Origin: a virus
Lineage: Duplodnaviria; Caudoviricetes
DNA length: 64,000 nt
IMG/VR virus record: IMGVR_UViG_2030936005_000025
Span: 64,001-128,000 of that record
Strand: one strand, 5' to 3'
Position numbers and translations under genes: made by a program. Positions within the stretch are counted from its first letter, which is position 1. Each line of letters begins with the position of its first letter. The notes under the pieces are model-generated. The model saw nothing but the letters and a program-made list of their open reading frames with translations. It was not told where the DNA came from and did not search any database. Shown in pieces: positions 48,833 through 59,188 of the stretch.

Positions 48833-48860
48833 CCCTTCCCCAGCCGAAGCCAGGGAAGGG
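48833..48860 (-). terminator. MCP terminator with UUCG loop
   Basis: Minus strand cccttccctggc-ttcg-gctggggaaggg followed by ggtttttg. Confidence 0.8.
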
Positions 48861-48897
48861 AGGTCTTCTTATTGCTTAATCGCCAGAAGGCTATTCC

Positions 48898-51054
48898 TTA
48901 TGGAACATCAACTGGGATTTCTTTGGCGTCGCTGTTGTCAGACTGAGGAACAGTCACAACTGGACCACCTGCGATCAGGTGTTTGTTCACCTTGGTGATC
49001 AGGCCTTCGTTACCCAGCAGCTGATCGATGTCAGAGATGGTTACGCGACCGATTACCGGGCACAGGCTGTGGTGATCGTACGCAGGCTGGGTGATGATCA
49101 TGCGGTACTGGCGATCAGACTGCTGCACAGAACCTTCGATAACCAGCAGCTCTTTAGCTACGCAGATACCGATGCCGCCGAAGATGTCTACTTCACCGTT
49201 CTTGGTGTTAGACTTAGGAACTACCCACATACGGCCCACTTCTGAGTCGATGTTAGTTTCAACGATCTGGAACTTGATGTTCTGACCGAAGGTACGGTAG
49301 TCGCCCTGAGTCATCAGGAACGGAGCCAGTGAGGCGTGAGCAACAACGGTGTACGCTTCTTCACGATCGTCCAGCTCTTTCAGAGCAGAGATGTTAGAGT
49401 TCACGCGCAGCGCAGTGATGATGTCCCACAGTTTGTTAACCAGAACTGCTTCGATATTCTCGCGAGTATCTTTAGAGTCCAGGGTAGAAACTTCTTCAAC
49501 CAGGTTCAGAGTGGTTTCGATACCAACTGTTCCCAGGAAGTGCTGACCAGGCAGGATGGCAGAAGAGTCATCGTTGATGTTAACGATTTTCATGCCGTTG
49601 TTGTCGTAGATGTAATCGAAGTGCGCGTTGGCAGCTTTGAATGCATCGTGAGACATGTTACGTTGAACCATCACGTCCATCTGCTTAATCAGCATCTGAA
49701 GCACAGTCGCGTTGTTATCCTGATCCAGCATTGGATACTTAACAGAGATCGGCTGGCGACGGTTGATGTTGTAAGACTTCATGGTGTTCGCGTAAACAAC
49801 AGTAGTACCGTAACGGCTACGGTTGGTGTTCGCGTGGTTCAGAGACAGACGCACACCTTCGATGCTTCCTTCGAAAGCTTCGGTGGTGATCAGAGCCTGG
49901 ATGTCCGCTGGCATGCCAGGAGTTCCTGGAGTCAGACGGTTACCATCTTTGTCTACAACGTAAGAGATCGCAACCGGAGAAATGGTTGGAGACCAGCTAC
50001 GGGTAGAACGGCTGTAGGTTGCAGTCAGCTCAAGCTGAATGAACACTTTCAGACCAGCGTCGGTCAGGTTTTTGAACAGGACGACAGATTTGCCATCTTT
50101 GTCTTTCAGGTTGGTAACATTCAGACCGTTCAGTACGAAGTTGATCTGACGCTTCTCTTCAGAAGTAGTACCAGTAGAAGGACGCGCTGCAACGCCAGAC
50201 ATGTTACCAGTGTCCAGAGTGAAGAAACCTTCGCCTTCAGAAGTTTTGATGTTCAGCAGAAGCTGCTGCAGTTTGATAGAAGATGCTTCGATCTCATCGT
50301 TCTGCTCAAACGCAGGTGCGCCCGGTGCACGGCACAGAGACAGCAGGTTGTTGATTTTGCGGATAGCCAGGAAGTTGGTCTTATGCGCTTGACGACCCAG
50401 CAGGTCACCATCGTCGTAAGCCACATCCCATGGAGCCCAGTCAGCAGAAGGAACGAACATTGCAGCGTTCGGATCCTGAGCATTTTCAGGCAGAACTGGT
50501 ACCAGCTTCAGGTCATCGCCTGGGTTGAACTTAGAGTCAGCCAGAACAGATGCGATTGGGCGCAGGTTTTCCCAGGCTTCGTTCGCGTTACCAGAAGAGT
50601 TGTACGCACCAACACCAGCGATGTCGATTGGCAGAACCAGCGCTTCTTCGGTGTAAGGCAGGATCAGAGTCGGGTACAGTGCTTCAGCAGCTGGCCACTG
50701 ACGGTTACCACGGGCGTTCAGGTCGATGGTAGCAGCTTTCATACGAGCTACTGCGCCAGCTTCCAGCTGCATGGAGAATGATTCCATACCACCGTGTTTG
50801 ATCATGTCTTTCAGAGCGTTAGCGCGATTACCGAAATCGCCATCAGCATGTGCCAGAGATGCAACAGCATTCTTCTGGTTGAAGTCCATGCGCTCTGCCA
50901 GAGTTGCCAGACCGCCACCGAATGATTCAGCACCTACGATAGAAGCCAGGGTGCCATCGGTGTTTGCAGCTTGACCGGCCATCATTGCGCCAATCAGTAC
51001 TTTAAGATCTTTCCCACTACCGGCAGTGGAAAAATGAAATTTATTTTGTTCCAT
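48898..51054 (-). CDS. Major capsid protein (phiKZ gp120-like)
   Basis: 718 aa; propeptide with GAESF/GGMESF sites; QWPAAEALYPT; strong codon bias; strong terminator; divergent from helicase as in phiKZ. Confidence 0.85.
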   Translation of the reverse strand: MEQNKFHFSTAGSGKDLKVLIGAMMAGQAANTDGTLASIVGAESFGGGLATLAERMDFNQKNAVASLAHADGDFGNRANALKDMIKHGGMESFSMQLEAGAVARMKAATIDLNARGNRQWPAAEALYPTLILPYTEEALVLPIDIAGVGAYNSSGNANEAWENLRPIASVLADSKFNPGDDLKLVPVLPENAQDPNAAMFVPSADWAPWDVAYDDGDLLGRQAHKTNFLAIRKINNLLSLCRAPGAPAFEQNDEIEASSIKLQQLLLNIKTSEGEGFFTLDTGNMSGVAARPSTGTTSEEKRQINFVLNGLNVTNLKDKDGKSVVLFKNLTDAGLKVFIQLELTATYSRSTRSWSPTISPVAISYVVDKDGNRLTPGTPGMPADIQALITTEAFEGSIEGVRLSLNHANTNRSRYGTTVVYANTMKSYNINRRQPISVKYPMLDQDNNATVLQMLIKQMDVMVQRNMSHDAFKAANAHFDYIYDNNGMKIVNINDDSSAILPGQHFLGTVGIETTLNLVEEVSTLDSKDTRENIEAVLVNKLWDIITALRVNSNISALKELDDREEAYTVVAHASLAPFLMTQGDYRTFGQNIKFQIVETNIDSEVGRMWVVPKSNTKNGEVDIFGGIGICVAKELLVIEGSVQQSDRQYRMIITQPAYDHHSLCPVIGRVTISDIDQLLGNEGLITKVNKHLIAGGPVVTVPQSDNSDAKEIPVDVP

Positions 51055-51166
51055 CGTTAATACCCTTTACGAAAAAGCTTGAAAACAAATATATTTGTTC
51101 GCGGTTACAATGTTTACGCATAAGATAGCCTGTATCTATGCGCATCCCACAATTTTCCACACAGTA

Positions 51167-51718
51167 TTACTGAGCGGCTTTTTGAATCACAAAACCCAAA
51201 TCAATGAACTTTCTTTGAGCAACCGTTTTCGTGAGTTCTTTATTATCACGGAAGTACGATTCGAAAACATTATAAGCCGACAGTAACGCTTGATAAAGAG
51301 AACTGGCCAGATCCCCTTGAACTCTTGTGAACATTGGATTGTTCACAGTATTATTACTGTTAAGAATGAAAAGCTTGCCGTTGAAAAAATGGAAGTAGAA
51401 ATTCTGACCTAATTGAATACTGGAATCAGCATTTAATACTTCATCATATTTTGCCTTATAAACCACTCCCTTACGATTAATGTCACCAATTGTAATAACA
51501 CTGGCATAATCATAGGTTGTAGATTTAAATCCACAATATTGCTTTTCCACCGCACGCTGGTATTTCAACCAGTCAAGGACATCCTCATCAGCAATGCTGG
51601 GAAATTGCGGCAGGTAAGGCAGTTGTGATAGTTCAAGCTTATGCGAATTCAGAAGTTGGAAGTGATGTTCTTGTAAGAAGTACACTTCTAAGTTCTTATC
51701 ACCTGATTTAAACAACAT
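51167..51718 (-). CDS. Hypothetical protein, 183 aa (phiKZ gp119 position)
   Basis: ORF between helicase and MCP. Confidence 0.7.
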   Translation of the reverse strand: MLFKSGDKNLEVYFLQEHHFQLLNSHKLELSQLPYLPQFPSIADEDVLDWLKYQRAVEKQYCGFKSTTYDYASVITIGDINRKGVVYKAKYDEVLNADSSIQLGQNFYFHFFNGKLFILNSNNTVNNPMFTRVQGDLASSLYQALLSAYNVFESYFRDNKELTKTVAQRKFIDLGFVIQKAAQ

Positions 51719-51757
51719 ATTGAATTAACCTTTTAAAGTTTCAATGAGGAGCTGTAC

Positions 51758-53302
51758 ATGAATAACCTTATTCGTCTTGTTAAGCTGACCAGTGCTATCT
51801 ATCAAGCATGGCGTTTAAAGGACGTTGATCTCATGGACGAGATTCTGTTGCTGGCTGAAGAAGTACCCAACAGTAAAGAGAGTATGGTTCACCAGGACAA
51901 AAAGACAGAGGCAAGGTTACGTCGCCTCCTATCATGGATTCGAGAGCAACCGGAAGACTCTAACATCATAACATCACTACTGTCTCCGAAAATCGCAGAG
52001 ATCGTTATGTTGTCACCAGAGCTGGATAAAGTTCTGAACGAAGCTTTCAATGACAAATTATCTATTGAAGATTCTCGTCAGTTCATTTTCCAGATCACTA
52101 AGGAACTGCGTGACAATGATGTCAAGGGTAAATTTAATACCCAATTTAAAATGATGGTTCGTCCTTTCCTCTTTGAAGATGAGAAAGAACTGACCAAAGA
52201 TGACTGGATCAAAATCAGTGAACTGATCAACGGTAAGATTACCGACCTGAACGAAAGTACCTTCGACAAAGCTGTTGTTGAAGCCACGGGTTCAGACAGT
52301 CCTGAATCATTGACCGAAGTCATCAACCAATTGAAGATCGAAACCTCAGCAGAAGGTATCATCAAAACTGGGTTGGAAGGATTGAACCAAGCACTGTACC
52401 CAGATCTGGGTATTCGTCGTGGTTTGATGTACATGATCGAAGCACTGACTAACCGCGGTAAGTCATTTGGTCTTGGTCATCTCTTAGCGTCTGTCCCGCT
52501 CTATAACAAACCGTTGCTGCGTAACAAGGCTAAGATCCCAACTGTTCTGTTGATGTCAGCAGAAGACTCCCTGGGCTTAATCTTCAAACGTATGTTCGAA
52601 CTGTTCGTTACGGCTAAGACCGGTGAGAAACCAGACTTCTTTGAATCAACCACAGAAGAAGTGGTTAAGGTTATTATCGACACGTTCCATGAGAACGGTT
52701 GGGCATTTAAGTTCTATCGTGTTAACCCAAGTCACGACAACATTTATGAAATCATGCAGCGTACTCGTACCCTCGAGCTTAAAGGTCATGAAATCATTGT
52801 TGCGGCTTATGACTACCTGGCCATGGCTGACCTGACAGGTTGCACCGGTGAATCTCGTTCTGATAAACTTCAGAACCTGTATAACCGTGCACGTAACTTC
52901 TTTACTTCTCGCGGCGCTGCGTTCTTGACTCCACACCAGTTAAACCCAGATGCCAAGAAGTTTATTCGTGAGCAAGATGATGACTCTGAAATCTACTTCA
53001 TCCGTGATGTTGGCGGTAAGTCGATGACGGAAGGTTCAACCAAACTGACGAACGAAGTTGATGTGGTAATCGGTCTGCATGTGGCGAAGCTTCAGAACAA
53101 CGAGTGCTGGTTCACGGGCTACGTTGGTAAGAAACGTGGTGAGGGTGCAAAAGAATCTGATCGCTTCTTCATTTATCCATTGGATGAGAAGAACGGTTTG
53201 GTTCATGATGTAAACTTTGAGAAGAAAACATATCGTAAATCTCTGCAACACAGAAGTGAAGCAATGGGCGGTGGCTCAGACTTTGATGACATGGCAGCAT
53301 AA
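51758..53302 (+). CDS. dnaB: DnaB-like replicative helicase (phiKZ gp118-like)
   Basis: Walker A EALTNRGKS, LLMSAED, AAYDYL, PHQLN, VGKKRG. Confidence 0.85.
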   Translation: MNNLIRLVKLTSAIYQAWRLKDVDLMDEILLLAEEVPNSKESMVHQDKKTEARLRRLLSWIREQPEDSNIITSLLSPKIAEIVMLSPELDKVLNEAFNDKLSIEDSRQFIFQITKELRDNDVKGKFNTQFKMMVRPFLFEDEKELTKDDWIKISELINGKITDLNESTFDKAVVEATGSDSPESLTEVINQLKIETSAEGIIKTGLEGLNQALYPDLGIRRGLMYMIEALTNRGKSFGLGHLLASVPLYNKPLLRNKAKIPTVLLMSAEDSLGLIFKRMFELFVTAKTGEKPDFFESTTEEVVKVIIDTFHENGWAFKFYRVNPSHDNIYEIMQRTRTLELKGHEIIVAAYDYLAMADLTGCTGESRSDKLQNLYNRARNFFTSRGAAFLTPHQLNPDAKKFIREQDDDSEIYFIRDVGGKSMTEGSTKLTNEVDVVIGLHVAKLQNNECWFTGYVGKKRGEGAKESDRFFIYPLDEKNGLVHDVNFEKKTYRKSLQHRSEAMGGGSDFDDMAA

Positions 53303-53317
53303 AAACTAATTGCATAA

Positions 53318-53347
53318 CTACCTCTACTCCTTGCGGAGTAGAGGTAG
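53318..53347. terminator. Bidirectional terminator at convergent junction
   Basis: ctacctctactcc-ttgc-ggagtagaggtag. Confidence 0.8.
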
Positions 53348-53350
53348 ACA

Positions 53351-54700
53351 CTATGACTGTCCGTCAGAATAACGGTCTTGCGCTTTCAAGAAGATCACAA
53401 GTATTGTAGTACGTTTCATAATCGGTTTGATGTCAGTTGTAATCGGTACGTAGTCTGTACGATATCCTAACAACACGCCACGACGAACGTACACTGTGTC
53501 ATCATCATAGAAGTATTGATACGTTAGCGGATGTCCTGGCTCTAAATAACCGGTATCTCCGTTACGCCACTCTACTTCCAGAATCTCACCTTGGTTACGT
53601 GCGTTCTGTGTCATCCCCACCATGATGTTGCCAGTAGGAACTGGGTTAAGCGGAATCCACTCATTCCCATCACGACGATCACTGAGTTTGTATTCCTGCA
53701 TGGAGTCAGCACGGGTTGTCAAAGCACGACCATTGTTATAATGGTAGCCTGTATCCCCTGCGATTGAATCCCCCATCACCATACGCTGCCCCACACCCTC
53801 ATTCTGTTTACGAATGTCGGCATGGTCACTGTGCTCACCTTTACCGGTTGAGATAATAGTGATCGCGGTAGGTGTAATATAGAACGTTGAATCCAAATCA
53901 GGAATCTTGTTCTCAGGAACACGAATCAAGTTAATCGGTCGAGGATGTGTCTTGGCCCGTTCGGTATTAAAGAGTGGATAGATCCACCAATGGTTCTGTT
54001 TATAGAAAGAACCTAACCCACGGGAGTAAACACCATACTCGTTGTGATTCTGAAGGAACTGAGCCGCATCAATCAAACGTGTTCCACTAGGGAAGATGAT
54101 CTGGCGGAAGTTGTTGGTGTTATCGATAGGTTCATACATCGACAAGCCTTTGTACTTGTCATAACCTGTCAACCCAATTGCCTGGGTTCCTTCTTCAAAC
54201 ACAGAAAGCAGGACATCACGAATGTTGGCAATCGAATAGATGTTGGATACCGGTTCATTACGAATACGGGCAAACCCAACTTCCATCAACTGGAATTCAT
54301 ACGCTACCAAGTTCGTGGTGTTCAGCGCATCCATCTTGTTCATGATGGTGCTGTTCGATTGTGCATGTACATCTTTGTCGATTAAAGGAATGGCCACAAA
54401 CGTACGCATTACCCGAGCTGAACCTGACTGTGTCATTACCTGACAGGTCAAGTCATCACGATACTTCACCAAACTGTCAAAATACACACCTGGCTGTAAA
54501 CGAGCACGAATCATCATCATCTCACTGCGCCCAGAGGCAAAGTCAGCTTGAGATAAGAAGTACTCCACACCAAGGGCAGTAAACTGCCCAGCAGGTGTAA
54601 TAAAGACGCAAGAGATCTGAACGGTTTCTGCAACAGTGTTAGAAAGTGTTGCAGTAAGTTGAGCCTGACGTAATACTGTTTCGATTTGACTGGAAATCAT
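53351..54700 (-). CDS. Putative virion structural protein, 449 aa (baseplate-hub-like)
   Basis: Structural cluster context; product is inference. Confidence 0.55.
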   Translation of the reverse strand: MISSQIETVLRQAQLTATLSNTVAETVQISCVFITPAGQFTALGVEYFLSQADFASGRSEMMMIRARLQPGVYFDSLVKYRDDLTCQVMTQSGSARVMRTFVAIPLIDKDVHAQSNSTIMNKMDALNTTNLVAYEFQLMEVGFARIRNEPVSNIYSIANIRDVLLSVFEEGTQAIGLTGYDKYKGLSMYEPIDNTNNFRQIIFPSGTRLIDAAQFLQNHNEYGVYSRGLGSFYKQNHWWIYPLFNTERAKTHPRPINLIRVPENKIPDLDSTFYITPTAITIISTGKGEHSDHADIRKQNEGVGQRMVMGDSIAGDTGYHYNNGRALTTRADSMQEYKLSDRRDGNEWIPLNPVPTGNIMVGMTQNARNQGEILEVEWRNGDTGYLEPGHPLTYQYFYDDDTVYVRRGVLLGYRTDYVPITTDIKPIMKRTTILVIFLKAQDRYSDGQS

Positions 54701-55338
54701 AACCCGCCCCCGAATCCTTGTAAGAAGTCAAGCGTACCAGATCCAAAGCTTGTGCCGGTATCCCGATAACCGATCTCGGATTTATATTCATCCAAATAGG
54801 AGATATAAGAAATCGGTTGATCGAAGTCGGCACCGTACATCATCTTGCCACGTAACACATCGATCAGACTCAGGTCTTTCGTGTTAGGGACATTCATCGT
54901 ACGGTTAATCTTCTCATGGTGGTAATGAGCAAAAGCCGTGAACACATGTCGGGCTAATTTCTCAATAAGCTCTAACTCTTTAATATCAGGAGTTCGAAGA
55001 AACCCACCGGTAGTCTTGATCTCAATCCAGTGGCGAATCCAGGTTTGAATGGAATCATAAATCACCGGGATATCTTCACGAGGATAACGGAAACCGATAT
55101 CGAACTTCTCACCCATCATCGACACAGACCGAAGAATGTGCTTAATCGTGTAAGGTCGCTCACTCGGTACCATTAAGGAATCAAAGCCATTAATCGGAGG
55201 ATTGTCCTCAAACCGCTTCAGTTGCTCTGTAGTGAGAAAAGAAGCCACAGGCATAACTACCACGAAGGTACGCTCTGAGAATAGCTTATAGAGCCTTATG
55301 AGATCATTTCTGATAAATATATAACGGTCGGTATTCAT
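54697..55338 (-). CDS. Hypothetical protein, 213 aa
   Basis: 4-nt overlap, AAGGT RBS. Confidence 0.7.
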   Translation of the reverse strand: MNTDRYIFIRNDLIRLYKLFSERTFVVVMPVASFLTTEQLKRFEDNPPINGFDSLMVPSERPYTIKHILRSVSMMGEKFDIGFRYPREDIPVIYDSIQTWIRHWIEIKTTGGFLRTPDIKELELIEKLARHVFTAFAHYHHEKINRTMNVPNTKDLSLIDVLRGKMMYGADFDQPISYISYLDEYKSEIGYRDTGTSFGSGTLDFLQGFGGGL

Positions 55339-55348
55339 TGGGTTAACC

Positions 55349-56647
55349 TTAAGTGTAATCGCTTGTGGTTATCAATGCCTGTCGAATCGCTAGAACGTAA
55401 ATACCACCCATGTACAGTTTGCTGATATCATCCAACAACCAGTACCCATCCAACACGTCCATCAGTCCTTTCTTGTCCACGATCTTATCACGGAACATGT
55501 GGAAGATGAATTGCTGCAATTCGGTTCCCTGACCTTTGTAGAAGTCGTCACCAAAGAAATAGTTCCAAGGTTTACCTTCAGTTGGTCGGCGTGGTGTGCC
55601 CGCACTAGGAACTGGAATCAATGCCCCACTAAACTGGTAGGGAGCCATCTGAGCACCGTCTTTATGAACAGTAATTGCACGATCCATTTTGGAGAAGAAG
55701 ATTCCGCCATAGAAACGCGTGTTCATCATTGAAGAACGGTAGTGGGTGTAGAAGTCATTGCGGTAACGTTCTGGATGCGAGAAGTCATTGCGATAGAACA
55801 TATCCCAGACAGTCATCGGTTCCTGCATCTGAGTCCCTTCAACCCAATATTGAACACTGATGGTTCGAATACGGTTACGGGGAGTAATCTCATTAGCCGG
55901 TAAGACAAAGCCCAGGAATTTAGCAAGATAAGGATCATACAACCGATCGTTGTCTTCATTAGGAATTATGATGGTGTCTTCCGCACTGTAATAGTGACGA
56001 GATAACAGGTCATCCATAATCGCAAACTTGGCATCGTTCAGCTTCTTGTTGAGGTCATAGTCGCTTTGCGTTAATACCGCATTGCCGCCGTTGACTGCAG
56101 ACTCTTTAGAATACCAAAGTGTCTTGATGGTTTTGATGTCCAGGTTACTTTGAATTGCCTGGGTCATTACCGCTTCAAGAGTTGCCTCGATATAGTAAAC
56201 TTTGTCTGCCTGAATCGTTCTGATCTCAGGTTGTTCAGTGACGGTGTACAGGCCGGCCTTACCGCCGCCAATATCCTTAATGAACATGTCGCCTTTGTTA
56301 GGCGTCAAGTCGAATAACACATAACCGGTTAACTGGTGTGTTGCTTGACCAGATTCAGGAATGAAGTTGAAGTTACCATTACCGTTATCGATCTTGATAA
56401 TCAGATCGTTAACACGCGTGTAAGACTGGTAGGTCTCAATACTCTCTGGCTGAAAACTGATCTGTTCTTCTCTTGCGCCTAAATATTGGCGATAGTAAAT
56501 GGTTCGTGTCGGTGTACCCGGAACCATAGAGAGCAGGCTGGTCTGAGGAACATACTTGGATTCGATAATCGAACTTTGGTATTCCTTAGGTAAAGCGCGT
56601 TCCTGCTCAACTGGTGGCTTGGTCCCACCGATTGAAGTCTGGGCCAT
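55349..56647 (-). CDS. Putative virion structural protein (start revised to MAQTSIG at 56647)
   Basis: AAGGT RBS; 41-nt overlap with upstream gene. Confidence 0.65.
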   Translation of the reverse strand: MAQTSIGGTKPPVEQERALPKEYQSSIIESKYVPQTSLLSMVPGTPTRTIYYRQYLGAREEQISFQPESIETYQSYTRVNDLIIKIDNGNGNFNFIPESGQATHQLTGYVLFDLTPNKGDMFIKDIGGGKAGLYTVTEQPEIRTIQADKVYYIEATLEAVMTQAIQSNLDIKTIKTLWYSKESAVNGGNAVLTQSDYDLNKKLNDAKFAIMDDLLSRHYYSAEDTIIIPNEDNDRLYDPYLAKFLGFVLPANEITPRNRIRTISVQYWVEGTQMQEPMTVWDMFYRNDFSHPERYRNDFYTHYRSSMMNTRFYGGIFFSKMDRAITVHKDGAQMAPYQFSGALIPVPSAGTPRRPTEGKPWNYFFGDDFYKGQGTELQQFIFHMFRDKIVDKKGLMDVLDGYWLLDDISKLYMGGIYVLAIRQALITTSDYT

Positions 56648-58217
56648 ATAAATTACCTTTTTCTTTAAGCTTGAGATAACTCTGATAAGAAGAGGAGTTC
56701 TTCGCAACGATCAGGGAATAGAGTGTTCCGTATGGCATGTAGAAACGAAGTTCTGGTCCGTCCCCTACATCGATGCCATTATAGACTTGTTCCCAATCAC
56801 TCCAGCCGCCAGTACCCCAGTCATCCGGTAATGGGAAAGCAGGGAACAGGATACCGATAATCCATTTGGCAAACTCAGGGTCATCCAGGAAGTCCAGAAT
56901 ACACTCTTCATCATACTGGCGCAGTGAATAATCAAACGAGAACACCACACGGTAGCAGTTGGCCATGCGTGGTAAACGGGTTAGGATTAAATCACCGTTC
57001 TCATTCAGTACAATCTGTTCTTCCAGTACCTTGATCGCATTAACACCGTCATCTGACCACACAGCAATGTTTAACGGGTTCTTGTGACGTTGAGTCACCT
57101 TAGTCCGGTACTTGATGAGATAATCGATAACTTTGCTGTTCCAGGTAAACCCGTTGATATCCTTCATGTTAATCAAGACTTGGTTTTCGATATTCTCGAC
57201 ATTAACCAAAACCTGAAGCTGAGGACTCACCCAGTACTGTGGATCTGGACGCCAGTTATCCTGCGACGGGAAGACATGATAGAACGGAGCCAACTGTTGA
57301 TTGTAATTCCAGACTTTAGCTGCGGCAGCAGATTCGTAGAAACGACGTGCCACAAATTCTTCTTTGTTATTGGAGAAGACATCAGGAACATACTCATTTG
57401 GCATCGGTTGTTGATAAACCTGAATAGGGAAGTTAAATATCCACTCTGTCATTTCTGACCAGAAGAACCAATAACGAAAGCTCACTTCGAACTTACCGAT
57501 ATATGACCCTTGGTTCACCAACGCCATGTTTGGGTTTTCTACGTTTACACCCACATCCGCAATCTGCTGTTTGAACACAAACACCGGTGCGTTGTAAGCA
57601 GCGTTACGGAGAATCCCAATAGGAACCTGTGAGTTATCTTCCATCCAGTCAATGAAGTCTTTATCATTGGCCACAATCCCTGCCTTCTGTAGACGAAGGA
57701 AGATCTCATGGTAACAACGAAGCTGAGGTTCAGTGAGTGGGAAATGAGTATCTATGTTGAACAAGGTGTTCTGGTGTGGTGACAATACACCTTTACGGAT
57801 ATTCGTTAAGTAACGCTCAGCAGTGACACGGTCTTTAAAGAACGCATTCACTGTAACAGCAAAACGTCGGGTAATAAACTTGGGAACGATACTGGCTTTG
57901 GTATTCGGCTCAAACCACAGTGGTGGGTTACTGTCGTTTCGTGAATACGCATCAAGCTCATCGTTATAGCCTGACTCTGTTCGTTCCAGTTCAATGAAAA
58001 GTTTGTTATCATAACCCAGGTCAACCCCTAAGTCAGATCCTCGCTTTCCATCTTTATCTCCCCCTAATAACTTCGACACTTCTGCTTCACCATTAAAGAA
58101 GATTTTCTGGTCTACGTTGATGTTAAAGTATTCCAGCATCTTCTCAAGTGAAGCAAGTACAGCAGGACGGGTTCCTATTCTGTATGTCTCATTAGAAGGA
58201 ATTCTTACACTAAGCAT
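56607..58217 (-). CDS. Putative virion structural protein, 536 aa
   Basis: Long ORF in the head/neck cluster. Confidence 0.65.
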   Translation of the reverse strand: MLSVRIPSNETYRIGTRPAVLASLEKMLEYFNINVDQKIFFNGEAEVSKLLGGDKDGKRGSDLGVDLGYDNKLFIELERTESGYNDELDAYSRNDSNPPLWFEPNTKASIVPKFITRRFAVTVNAFFKDRVTAERYLTNIRKGVLSPHQNTLFNIDTHFPLTEPQLRCYHEIFLRLQKAGIVANDKDFIDWMEDNSQVPIGILRNAAYNAPVFVFKQQIADVGVNVENPNMALVNQGSYIGKFEVSFRYWFFWSEMTEWIFNFPIQVYQQPMPNEYVPDVFSNNKEEFVARRFYESAAAAKVWNYNQQLAPFYHVFPSQDNWRPDPQYWVSPQLQVLVNVENIENQVLINMKDINGFTWNSKVIDYLIKYRTKVTQRHKNPLNIAVWSDDGVNAIKVLEEQIVLNENGDLILTRLPRMANCYRVVFSFDYSLRQYDEECILDFLDDPEFAKWIIGILFPAFPLPDDWGTGGWSDWEQVYNGIDVGDGPELRFYMPYGTLYSLIVAKNSSSYQSYLKLKEKGNLYGPDFNRWDQATS

Positions 58218-58292
58218 ATATAATTCCTCGTTAGAACAATCATAAAATCAAACCCTCTTACCCCGATTAAGGAGTAAGAAGGATTAATTGTT

Positions 58293-59186
58293 TTATTCTA
58301 ATTCGATTTCTACTTCTTCGGTATTATTACCTTCGGTAGAGGAATAAGGATCCTCACTCTGTTCGGTGTTATTATAATCCCCTTCCCCACCAACCGGATT
58401 CTCCGCACTATCTTCAGTATCTCCATCTGTTAACCCTTGCGAGTTATCAGACGTATTATCATTCTTGCCATTATTTTTTAATAGACCAGAATAACGAATC
58501 TGAAAGAGTTCTTGAGAAATACTAATTACCGCAATATCAGATAACCCATCAGAATAGGTTTCCAATACTCGAGCACTGGTTAAATAACCGCGGAAAGTTT
58601 CAAGGGTGGTGTCGTCCACCTGACCTTTAAATCTCGCCATGACTTTGGTAATGAATTCCAAAGACAAAGAGTTCTCGATAAAACGGGTTTCATGGATATC
58701 GACAATTGCCGCCATGAGGTAATTACGGAACTTGATGAGATCCAGCCGTGAGGAAGCATCCACCGTAGAGACATCACGTTCTACATCCGGATTAATCCCC
58801 GTAAACGCTCCCAGAACCACGTAGCAGCGAATTGTTCCCTTATACCCATAACTGTTATTAGAAATGGGTAACTCCACGTACTGAGGAGCTGAGGAAGGAT
58901 TTAAGGCTGTCGAGTCAAAGTAATCCACATTGATCAACAACCCTAACCCATAGATGTCACTGAACCGTGCATACAGATCGTTTAACGTACAAGGACCTGG
59001 CATGGAGATAGTGGGAATCTTTGATAGGTAGTTAGACAGATCTACCTTCTTCAATTCGAAGAATGTTTTCAGATTCCCTTTGACACCTTCAATTCGGGAC
59101 ATGTCAGCAGTCAGAGAATAGATCTGATAAATGCTGTATCCTTCAGGGAGACGTGAGGCAAGATCATCTTTAAAGTTATAAGACAT
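58293..59186 (-). CDS. Hypothetical protein, 297 aa, acidic C-tail
   Basis: ORF track, operon context. Confidence 0.7.
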   Translation of the reverse strand: MSYNFKDDLASRLPEGYSIYQIYSLTADMSRIEGVKGNLKTFFELKKVDLSNYLSKIPTISMPGPCTLNDLYARFSDIYGLGLLINVDYFDSTALNPSSAPQYVELPISNNSYGYKGTIRCYVVLGAFTGINPDVERDVSTVDASSRLDLIKFRNYLMAAIVDIHETRFIENSLSLEFITKVMARFKGQVDDTTLETFRGYLTSARVLETYSDGLSDIAVISISQELFQIRYSGLLKNNGKNDNTSDNSQGLTDGDTEDSAENPVGGEGDYNNTEQSEDPYSSTEGNNTEEVEIELE

Positions 59187-59188
59187 GA

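Noticed and set aside
49336-50781. 481-aa plus-strand ORF antisense to MCP
   Set aside because: Shadow ORF expected from the strong codon bias of MCP; no RBS, no motifs, atypical composition
45933-53302. Introns or inteins in the RNAP subunit or helicase
   Set aside because: Both ORFs are uninterrupted and of expected size; no LAGLIDADG/HNH ORF or intein splice motifs seen
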